Of a DNA stretch of 64,000 bases, positions 12,001 through 24,000 are shown one piece after another. Under the pieces are notes generated by a model. That model was not told the origin of the DNA. It searched no databases and saw only the letters and a list, made by a program, of their open reading frames with translations. Both the position numbers and the translations under genes were made by a program. The DNA is from Candidatus Omnitrophota bacterium (GTDB lineage Bacteria; Omnitrophota; Gorgyraeia; Zapsychrales; JBDRMG01): positions 2,339-66,338 of the forward strand of contig JBDRMG010000065.1 in the NCBI GenBank assembly GCA_043812495.1, written 5' to 3'. The stretch's first letter is position 1; every line of letters starts with the position of its first letter.

Positions 12001-15000
12001 TGTTTTGAAGATGCCAGGAAAAGCTTGGAGAAAGTGAAATTGTTACAAGAAGTGGAAACGGAAGACAGAACCGGAGAAAAGAAAACATTCCGCCTTGGAC
12101 AAACGGTTTACTATCCGGGCCCGGAAAGAGATAAAATCGTATCCATAACTGTGGAACAGATACGGCAATATCCGGCGTTTATTCCTTGTTTTCACGAATT
12201 TAGGACCCGGACCAGGATCATCTCCCAGGGCGAAGCTTATCCCCCGATCCTGCTTTATACCGACCGCCAGGATGCGCAACAGGAAATCCTGACTTTATCA
12301 GAGGACGACAACGCCTTGGCTTTATTCGGCCATGACCTTGGCGGCATGAATCAAGCGCTGGCTGTTATCGTTGTCCTGGTCCTTGCGGCTTATGCCTATC
12401 GCTTCTTCAAAAACCGCGCGGCGGCGAAGGAAATACTTGAGACATCGGTTCAGCGCCAGGGCCCGCCTAAAGGCGAGGTAAATCCGCCGGCGGGAATAAA
12501 GATCTCCCCCGCCCTAACCGTCCTCACCCTCGCCGCCAGACTCCTCGTTCCCGCCGTTGCCCTTGTTCTTATCGCTAAAGAAATGGTCGAGCTTATATTA
12601 AACGGAACCTTCGGCAATCCGCAGGCCCTGATAGCCATAGTCGGCTTTGCGGGGTATCCTCAAAGATTTCACGTTGACCCAGAACAGGCATTATCAAAAA
12701 GCGAGAAGTTGAGAAAGCGCGTAGACGGTTTAATCGAAGAGAAACTATTGGACAAAGAAACGGCGGAAGCAGAATTTCAAAAACTCATCACAACGCGCAA
12801 TCTTCTCGGAAAGGCCAAGCGGCAGGAAAGAGGACAAGGAAACGAGGAAAAAGTGAACGCGCTGGAAAAAGAAATCTCACGCGTTAATGGATTAATCGCC
12901 CAGGTCAATAAATACAGGGGCCGCAGCAGAACCTATTTGCCGGATTCAAGAAACGAAAATAGCTCACTGCACGCGAATGCCTTATCGCCACTAGAAATTA
13001 CCCTTTTCGCCCTCATCCTCGCCCTTGCCGCGGCTGTATTATATCTGGCCCATCGATTCTTCAAAAACCGTAAAGTGCTTGATGCATCCATCCCGCGCCA
13101 GGGCCCGCCTATCGGCGAGGCACGCCCGCCGGCGAAAGCGAGAATTTCCCCCGCCCTGAAAATCCACACCGTTCTTCCCATCCTTAATTTTTATCAATCC
13201 GCCGCCGTACATATGCTTATAGATTTTGCATATTTATCTTATTGGCTGATTATCAAAGGGTTAATCAATATCGATGTGGTCTTGGGCATTGCCCATCTAA
13301 TCGGCAGAAATGAATATGATATACAGGATACAAGAAGCATGTTGCACGAACTTTGGTCCAAAATAAGAAACATCCGTTTTGTAACCACGAAGACGTATGA
13401 TCTCAGCAGGCTGAGCGAAGAAGGTCGAAGAATAATGGTAGATTTTGCTTTAGCCAACCAAGATACAAAAGTTCTGGATATCCGGTATCAAGCCTTATTA
13501 AAAACCCACCCTGCAGAAAATGATAATAAGACGACGACGCCTCCCCAAGGCGGCGGGTTAGGATTGTCAAAGATTGCCGGCATGTTTGTGAATCACCAAA
13601 TATCCTTAAGGCGGGCCTTTGCATTGGCGAAGAGAGATTACGCGGGCGGACTTAAATACTCCACCAAAGCCAACCTTGTTGCGGAAATCATCAAAACCAT
13701 TATCAAGAAAACAAGTCAAAAAGCCGCCGGCCTCATCCGCGGGCCGACATCCTGCGCTACAGCGCCAACTGGCACTTTAACCTCTAAAATCTATACTATC
13801 ATCCTCACGCCTGAGTCTGTCGCGGCCATCGGGCTGCTCCTTATGATTGCCGGGATTACTTATGGGTATAAATTATTAGGGACAGGTCCCTCTGGTAGTT
13901 TTGCCTTTGGCAAAATTAGCGGGACAGGTCCCGAAGCCGCTATGAAGATAGCCTCGGGACCTGTCCCTGTTCTTCTTTCTCTGGCCGCTATCGCCATCCT
14001 GATTCCCGTCTTCATCATTTTCGCCTCCCCACCCGAACATATTTTTGCGCTTATGCCGGTGATGGCTCTCGGGCAGATTGTTTCAAATGACAGAAAAGAA
14101 AGCGTATGGATCATTCCTCTTAGACCCGGCTGTCCCGTAAAGTTCAACATGAACAAAAAACAATTATTTGTTCAGGCAGGCGGTTTTCTCTTTACTTTTA
14201 TTCAGTATACCATCGAGAGGACCATTCAATATAGCTCCATGCTTCATCGTCCTCAGGAGGGAGGTTGGCAAGTCTGGGTTCCGTTGATCCCCATAGGAGA
14301 GACCATCCATGTGGGCGGTAGAATCCAAGAGGAATATCCCACTAACATGGTAACGCCCGTTTCGGATAAGACTGTCTCAAGTAGACATTTGGCCGTAACG
14401 ATTACGCCAGAGGGGTTGGCGCAATTAACAGACCTTGGGTCTGAAAACGGAACCTTCATCCATGCTAGAGCTGAAGAGGTCTCGGACCTTGTGGATATAT
14501 CGCCGGAGGCGGTGCTTGAAATCTTGAGACCATCAATGCGTCCGGAGTTGCAGCAAATAAGCGTGCTTGTGGAACTTTTCAGAATCAGAAAACTCGATGA
14601 ATATAAGGAGTGGTCTGCCCAGGGCGAAGACTCAGATGAAGACTCCGCGCATGCCTTGGTTGTATTGCCCGGAGAGAGTATGCTCTTGATTCTTGCCATG
14701 ATACCTCTTGTGATTCTGGCCATGATGATTCTGGAAATGATTCCCTCATCCAGACAGCATCATCCTGAGCCTGACACAACACGCCATGACCGCGAATCCG
14801 CCACCTTCGGTTCTTCTGTTGCCGCAAAAATCCAACAAGATATCGAAGCCATGCATGCCCGCAACCAACGCTCACGAGAGCAAGCCCATGACTCGGTGCG
14901 CAGCCTGATCGCACCAGATCCAGCATTGCTTCCGATCCTCATTGCTTTATTCGCTGTTATGACTTTCCTCATGTCACGTGACCTTAAATCCGCTACCTTT

Positions 15001-18000
15001 GGCTCCAAAGAACTTGAAAAAATGCATCAAGCCCGTGAAAAGGTCTTTGACTATGATGAGGAGTCACGAGAGCAAGCCCATAAATCTGTGCGCTCTGGAT
15101 CAGGACAGACCGCCTACGGCTTTGTGACGGGGGTCTCTTTATCACTGGGAGTTTTGGTTTTTGCCATTTTGACACTCATCGTCATTCGCGCCTCCATCAA
15201 GAGGGTAAATGAAGGTAAATTGGGCAAAGGAACAGCGCTTTCTGTTTACCTCCTTCTGGCAGGCCTGACCTTCGTTCTGGGCATCCTAGGGATCCGGCAA
15301 TTCATACCGGATTCGGAAGAAAGAACAGAACGCTATTATAATCTCAAAGTCGGCCAAAAGCCGGAAGAAATTGACCCCACCTTGGTTCATGAGGACCAGG
15401 CGGCTATTCTCACCCAAGGAAGACACGCCGAGACAAGCAATGTTTGGTACAACATGTGCAAGGTCATTGTTGCCATTGACACGACAAACCAAACGGTTGT
15501 GTTTGGTCATCTGACGCCTTGGATTGGCGATAACGGCCTGGAGAAAACGCCGCAGGAATATCAAGCTTTAATCGATAACTTAAAAGATGTTATGGAGTCC
15601 GAAGGTATTATTCAGAAGAATCTTGTCATCTATCTTGTGGCTAATCACAACACGGATATTACTTTGCTTGAGGAAATGCTCAAAGAATCTTTCCCGGGCC
15701 GGATCCGCAAGGTGATTTCGCCTTTTGACAATCAAAGAGAAATTTATGTTGCCGTCTCCAATGAAGAAGAGGGAATAGAAGTAACATCCGTTGGGCAAGA
15801 AGACAATGTTCCCAATAAAGTATTAGTCATAGATCCTCACACCGGACGGATTATTGAAGAAAGGGACGGGGCTTGGTATATGCTTTATCTTTATATAAGC
15901 GCCGGATTGGCAGCCTATTACTTATTTGGCCATGGCGGTCTTTCTGCTATTGAAAGCCGGTCAAGAAGACGGAAAAGACAATCAACAGCTGATAGGGACC
16001 GATTATATCACGGCCTTGTTTTCCCCTGTCTCACAGGCACCATCATCGAGATGGCCGCGGTGGTCCTTCTAGCTGGGCTTGGGGTTTGGGCGGCCCAAAG
16101 AAGAAGGTCTAGTAGGCTGATTGATTCGGAGAATGGAAACAAGGAAACAGAACTTGACGGAGAAGAGTTCGTAGCCGCTCAGTTCTATCGACTCTACGGC
16201 GCTGACAAGATTAAAGATTTTAGCCCGGCATTCACCATTTCTGAGGCGAAACGCTTACTGGAAGCCGGCTTAGATGACATGGTGCAAAATCTTTACAAGC
16301 AGTATGGGGAAATTATACCTCCGGAAATTAATGCTCCTGAATTACGAGAATTGGTCCGCGGAATCCCTGAAGATCAGCTAACCTTTAAGAACGTGGCCCA
16401 AGCCTTTTCTGGTTATTTAAGAAAGAAATATGATCTTTATAGCAGAGGCAAAATGGACCGCGCTGCAATTATGGATCTGGGTGAGCAGGAGAAAAATATT
16501 CTTCGGTATGTCTTTAGATTATTCAGCGACAATATCCAATACGACCATCAGGGCGCAGACGGCCAATGGAAATCAATACTTTCCCATGCCATCGAAGGCA
16601 ATCCGTACATTGAAGGTAGGCCGCGTACCTATATCTGCGAAACAGCATGCGCTTTGGCCATAATGGCCCTGGAAGAAATAGGCTTAGGAGCAACGCCGGA
16701 TAAAAAACCCTCTAAAATCGGCATCCACAAAAACTTTAAAGGAATAGACATGAGCCAGGGCGGCCATGTGGCTGTTTTATGGAAAACCGTTAATGACGCC
16801 GGTATTTTTGATCTGACGCAGGGACTGGTAGATCATGATGGGCGCTCTTGCCTGGCGAACATAGACATCAATCATGAAGTTCTCAAAATCAAGCAAGCTA
16901 ACGGTCAAGAGCGATTCGTTCGCTATGGCAGCAAAAAAGATTTAGAGCCCATTCAAGGTGAGACCTTTAAAGATCTTCTCGAAGACGAAAGAGTTTGGGC
17001 CAAATACCATGATTTGACTAATAGGAACAATGCAATTGATTTTCACGCGTCTGACAAAGGCAGCATTTTGCTGCAGTCACAGAAAATTTTTAAGGAAGCA
17101 GATGCTTTAAGTAATCTTCCGGTCGTTCGTCGAGATCCGATATTAAGTGAAAATCTGAAGAATCTCAAAGCCACTGCTCAGGCTAACATACAAAGTCTCA
17201 ATAGATCTGATCGAATGAGGAATGCGTACGAAGCCCTGAAGCGACACACAGACACTTTAAACCGAATTCATCGAGTATCCAATGGGAACCATGAGCTTGC
17301 TGAAAAATCCTACACAAAACTAGCGCAAGATATAAAAGACACAATCGCTTCGCTTTCAGCCGACTCAAGGTTTATAGGAGCCACCGCAAATGATGTCAAT
17401 TTCAGATTAATAGCAGTCGACGCATACGGAAATAAGCGCGAGCGAAAAGTCGGTGGTCAGGGAATCATTGACGTCCTTGAAGATCTTAAGAAAGATGCCC
17501 AAGAACATGCTTTGATAAGCTGTTATTTCTCTAGATTTAAAAAAGCAAACGCGAGATTCCAACAAGGAGAAGACGTATTTCCAGATCCAAAGGCCGGGAG
17601 TAATTTCCAAGCGGCTTTAAGCCAATATATTTCTCTTGAGAGAGAAATTAAGAAAACTCTGCGGACCCCGGGCATTTCCAATCCAAGCATTATTCAAAAC
17701 CTAGAGAGCCTACAAGATACCATCGCTGCAAATAAAGATGCCGCAGCCGATAACATAAAAACGCTTGGCCAAACTCCACAAATGGAATCATCCCTCGGTC
17801 TCATCCTCCCCGGCGTGACAGGCACCATTATCGATGTACTCGTAGTCGCCCTGCTCCTGGCCGGGCTTGGGGTTTTGGCGGTTCAAAGAAAATGGTTTTC
17901 GAAACTAGGGGATAGGATTAGCAATGAGCGTTTAGCGTTTAGCGTAGAGCGTATAGTTAGAAATACTAAACGCTATACGCTATCTCCTATCTCCTATCTC

Positions 18001-21000
18001 CTATCCGCTATCCGCTATCCGCTATCCGCTGTCTGCTATCTCCTATCCGCTCCACGCTATGCGCTCTACGCTACTCTTCTCATAGCGGCCGTTGTTTTAG
18101 GCGGCTCGACCGCTTTTGGCTTGAGTTTTGCGATCATGCCGTTTTTGGCATCCATACGCTCGGAGGATTCTGATCCGGACCGGGAATCCCAGACGACGCA
18201 CGTCTCGATGATCCTTTCTCAGCAAGATGAGGACTTCGTTCTTGCTATCGGAGAACAATCTTTCAGAATACAAAAGAATTTAATAAAACAGGAATTTGCG
18301 GCTATTACTCAGAACGGAAAACAGATACAAGACGCGAACGTCAGACTCACCATGCACAATCTCCTTGCGTTTAATTATTTCTTCTGGCTGTATCAGCAAA
18401 AACAGAAAATAGCCAAAGGATCCGCTGATTTTATGGGCGATCTTTATGCGCGCCTAAGCATTACGTATGACCAGAAACGCGTTATTGTCCGTTACGCTTA
18501 TGGGGACGCGCCGCTTGAAGACCAGAGCGAGCATGCCTGGAGTTATGGGTTTGAGATTAACCGTGCCACCGGAGGCTATAAAGCCGAGATTCAGGACAAA
18601 GGCCTCGAGGCATATGAGAAAAACATGCTTTTTAACCGGTATGTCGAATATTTCTTAAGCATTTTAGCGACAGTCCACCGCGTTTTGGATCCAGCGACAG
18701 AGAAAGAAATGATGAGGCTTCTAGAAAAGGCATATTCTTCGAATGATTTCACAGGGTTTTATCGCCGCATTCCCGGCGAACCGGAAATCGAAGAAAAGAA
18801 AGGCGATAGCGGTCGACCAAACCTTACTTTCGGCGGTCTCATTCTCCCTGGTCTCACAGGAACCATCATCGAGGTACTCGTAGTCGCCCTGCTTCTGGCC
18901 GGGCTGGGGGTGTTGGCCCAGAAGAGAGGATGGTCCCGACGCTTTCTGAATAAAACAATTAAGGTAGTCGGGATCCCGACTTCAACAATTTCATTTAAGA
19001 GAACGTCGGGATTCCGCAGGCTGACTAATTCAGAGAACAGAAACCAAAGCACAGAAACCAAAGAAAAGAAAACCTCACCCTACTCCTCCGCCAAAAAGAA
19101 ATTCAGCAAAGCCTTCCCACTCATTGTTATTCTCATAGCCGGTGCTTTGGTGGTAATGTTTATGGATATGCGCGCTGATGTTTATGCATCTGATGATGTT
19201 AAATCTTCAGCCTTAACAATGATCCATATTCTCATAGCCACCACAGCCTTTATACTCTTGCCTTCCTTGTTGCGCTTGCTTGGATATGACAAATGGGCTG
19301 CGCGCTTAGAAAAAGTCTCTTTTGTCGGAATATTTGTGGGCCTTGTTGGACTTATGTCTGCTTCAATTTTTGTCCCCGCCCAGGCCCAGGCGCAGACAAA
19401 TCCGTTCAACACATTCTCTCCCGATGAGCCGGATGATGACGGAAATAATGGTCTTTATGGGGATGACGAGACCAGCAGTCTTCCAGCGACATTTATAACA
19501 CAAGATTATTTATTAGATTTGATTCAAAATGCTGAATGGGGAGTTAAAATATTTACAGAAGATCAATGGAATAATAATGAAGATTTAAAGGGTTGTGAAT
19601 ATCATTATGGAGGCGCTGTTGGTGTTCCTGCGACTCAAACAATGTATTATGCCGGTACCATCGCATCCACAGGGCATTTGTCTCATGAGACAACGCATGT
19701 TCTTCAATCATCCTTAACTCAGGAAGAGCTTCTGGAAGCCTATGACGGATTAGCGGGAGTTATCAGAAACCAAGAGGCTAAAGACATTCTAAGTAAATTA
19801 ATGGATGCTTATTTAACGACCTACAATAAACTTCTAATAGAGTGGGTAAACAGCCAAAACCTTCTTACCGATGAAGAAAAGAAGACGATATTGAAATCCA
19901 ATGGAGCTGATGAGACGTTTGCTCTTCTCTTTGGCATGTTTGTGGGAGCTTGCCAGCCAAGCGAATCGAATCTGGCGACCTGCCATCTTGATGAATACGG
20001 AGTGGCCAGACTGACTGAAATTTTATTGGAAAGCGAAGAAGAGAACGAAGCAAGAGAATATCTTGCTCGTTACTATAGAGATTTAGGTTACGATGAGAAT
20101 TTGGTTAATAACTTATTGCAGACAAACGGTACCCAATTAGGGGCGAATAGCTCAATAGAGCCAGAAGCTTCTTTAACTATCTGTGACTGGTTTATGCCAG
20201 GAGTGGTAGTTGGTGCGGAGGCAACTTCTGCCCCTGCCCAGGCGCAGGATATTATGCCAGTCTCTGGAGAAAAAACAGATACTGATTCAGATTCGACTAA
20301 GAACGATAATCGAAATTTTAAAACAAATCTACTTAATACTTTAAGAAGAATTGGCAGTTCGGCTTATGAAAAACCAAAACCTTATCAGGTGGCGCTAAAT
20401 AATCACCACGGGAGCGCAGATCAAAGCTTAAGAACAGAAACGAGTTCATTGAATCCAAGCGATCGCTATTGTGTAATAAAACAAAACAGAGCTCTTTCTA
20501 TTAATAACCAAATGCAAAAACCTCCTCTTCTTATGCCAGATAGTATTGTAACATTCCAGAATCTTGAAGAAGCGAAAGACTATGATATTCCAGAAGGCTG
20601 GCCCTATGCTGTCTTGCAGTTCAAAGAATGGCCTATTTATTACATTAAATTTATTGATAATTTCATACAAGGATTGGCTTTTGACCGGATGGTTTATTAT
20701 GTCGAAGTAGAGCCAGGCGTTCTTTTATTTGATCGTGAACTAAGAGCGAAAGAACAAGATATGAAAACATTTGGCGAGGGAGGACGTGATTTTCACTTAA
20801 ACGATGTAGTCGCATTCTATAATGAAACCAAGAACAAAAATTGCCCATTGAATATCATGGAGTTCAGATTGCTCGCGGAGTTTATAAATGCAGGTTTGAT
20901 CCTTCGAACAGAAAATGGATACCAACCAGCTATGGAAGCGGCTATTATGAGCACTGATTTGTTAGGAGAAGAGCAAGCGCTTAAGCAGGAATTTGATCAT

Positions 21001-24000
21001 ATGGTTTATTTTATCGATGAACAATATAGGCAAGCGGCTGATAGTCTTTATCTGGCGTTTTCTGAAGAAGACCGCCAATTTGCCGTAGACGTTGTGACCG
21101 CACTCTTTATTTATAATGATCAAAATCCAAATCTTATGGCCAGAGAAGTGGCGGGTTTCTTTAGAGAACCATGGGATCTCATCTATAACAATTTAATCCA
21201 CGTTGACACATCTCTTGCCGCGGATTCCTCAAGAATATATCAATTGGGCGAACAGGTAATTTCTCTTGAAGACCAGAGCGAAATATATAGAGATCTTGGC
21301 AGACAACAAAGATTGCTTGGATATAAGAACCTTGTGGCGCAGCTGCCGGAAAAGACAAAGCGTAATTTCCTAAAGGGCGTTAACGAGATGCAGCTCATGA
21401 CGAGAAAGCCATCCCCTTGCTTAGGCCTCATCCTCCCTGGCGTGACGGGGACCTTGATTGAGGTGCTTGCGTTATTGGCTATCGCTGGACTTGGGATTAT
21501 ATGGATTTATCGAAACTGGTTTGCTCTGAAAAATGTTTATAGCCGAATTTCTAATAGAATTCTTAGTGTGGTCCTAGGGCCGTTGGCGCAAGGAAAGGAT
21601 CATCCGTGGTCCCGACGCTCCGACCATAGGTCGGAGGTCGGGACTCCGACTTCCACAATTTCATATGGGGAAACGTCGGAGCTGTCACAAAGAAATCATT
21701 CGTCGACTGGAGACCAGATAACAGTTTACAGAAACCAGAATAGGCCGTTGGTGCCAGTCGTTCCTTCCGTGGCAGGAATTTCGACTGTTACGCCAACGGC
21801 CTCTTCTTTATTTGTTATGCGAAATAGAATAAACGGAATTTACTTAACAGCTTCGAGGTGGGTCAGCCGCTTGCCGAAATCTTCCTTGATGGTTCTAATA
21901 TCCTCTTCCATTTTAGCAAGCTTGCCGTTTATTTTTGTCAGCTCCTCTTTCATGAATGAGGAACGAAGGCTTATCGTTGTGATATCTTCCGCGTTTCTAG
22001 CCACCATTCCCATTGTGGCGTCCAATTTATCCCGTAAAATGCTCTGGCCTTCTGCAATCGCTCTCATGTCCGTATGGATCTTCTCAAGCACGACTGCAAA
22101 TTCCCTGTCTTTGGAGAATTCCTTCAATGGCTTTGTTGTCTTATTGCCTTTGATCTTCATGATGGCGCTTATTTTAATCCAGCACAAAAATATTGTCAAG
22201 AGTATTCTATCGGTAATGAGTCGTGATTCACAAAAAGATCTTTATCGACGATGGACAAAGGGCGTCTCACGTCTCGCGTCTAACGTCTCACATCCTACGT
22301 CTCGCGTCCTTCGTAAAATTTTCAGCGGCTCAGCCCAAACGACCCTCTCATCTCCTTCTTCGCTGAAAGGCTTGCGCGTTCAGCTTCGAAGGACAAGCGT
22401 GGCTTCAAAAACTAATCAACCATTAGAAAAGATTTTCAGCAGCTCAACTGATGCAGCCCCATCTACCGTGCGCCGGCCTTCCTTTGATATTAAGCCTGAG
22501 GAAGCCGGCATCCCGACTTCCACGAATCAAAATCTCGGCAGAAGGCAGAATCGTAATAACCAATCTTCATTTTCCGTGGCTGGTGAGGAAAATTGGGGTC
22601 CTTCTGCCAAGATTTTATCAGGAAAAATCGGGACTGGTGAGAAGGTTGTTCAAGTTGCGCAAAAGGACAGGGTCCGAGGTGCCCCCCTCCGCACTTCGGG
22701 CTCTGTCCGTAGTCCTTTGGCTGCTTCGGTCGTCATGAGCGTGGCAACACCCGCGACGGGCCTCGAAACAAACTCATGGTGGTTTAGTCCGATCTTCGAC
22801 GGGATCCCATTGACGCCTTATATCATTATCGTCAGTATTCTTCTTTTATTGTTTCTTACCTCTCCAGCTTGGCTATTATGGCCGATAAAATCGGCACGAT
22901 CTAAAATTCCGGATCATGTTGAATGGAAACGATTAAGCCGCAAAGATAAACGAATCGGCGTTGAAGACCTTGAGCGCTTCTTGAATCATCCTGACGGTGT
23001 AGTAATAGATATTAGGACCGACATGTCAGGGAAACAAATGGCGGAAATGCTCAATGAAAGATTTTCCGCGGTCCACACTCCCTACCGAAGAGGTTTTGCC
23101 GCACTTTACGACCGTATCATTCGGACGATTTTGAAACAGGTTTTGCCACAGCAGCCTCTCTTACCAACATCCTCCCCCCAAGATGAAATAACCGCGATTT
23201 ACAATATAGTTTCCAAAATTGCCTCCCCTCTTTCTGAAGAGGAAAAGAGAGAAATTGCCTTTAGGGTTTTGAAAGAAGCTAAAGCGGATATCAAAAGACA
23301 GGTTGAATCACCCGCAAAGTCAGACATCTTTTCTAAACTCAAGGCCATGATGTTTATCATGGCCGGTATCGTAGCTTTCGGGTCATCCAGCCTCTTCGGG
23401 GCCCAACAAGGACCCTTCCCCTTGGAAGGTTCCGCGATCCCCCATAGTTTCGCCTCTGGCGAAACTGTCATGGGGAATCCCGACTTCCTTAATATTGATT
23501 TAGGAAACGTCGGGACAACCGCGGCAGACACAGTTGCGCAAGCTGCAGCAGGTCTATCGGACATCACAACAATCGGATTGATTATTTTGGCCGTTCTTGC
23601 TGTTGGTGTTATGGGAGTAGTGATTTCCGTGAGAATGCCAATCAAATCCCATGTTGCCGAATCAAAGGCATGGAAGTTTATTCGCACCCACTACAAAAGC
23701 ATTCTTGGGATGGCGGCGGTTGTGACCATCGGGATTTTGGCCTGGCAATTCAAGCCATGGGTAGAGCTATTGGCTGCTTTTGGCGCTTCCAATTGGATGA
23801 TCAAAGCCTTCAACTATGTGGTGGCGGCTAATGTGGCCATGTTCTTAGTTCTTACTTTTGAGAAATGGAAATCCGAATACCAAAGAGTTAATCCTTTCAC
23901 CTTGACAAGAGAAGAGATCATAACCGAGCTTATGGAAAGATATAAGGCAAAAGACACGTCACGGCCGTGTCCCGCGGGCACGGAAGGAATGATCGCGGAT

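Noticed and set aside
9160-22541. CRISPR array formed by repeat elements B or C
   Set aside because: Copies are kilobases apart, irregularly spaced, imperfect and embedded in coding sequence. There are no short regular direct repeats with unique spacers of uniform length, and no cas genes.
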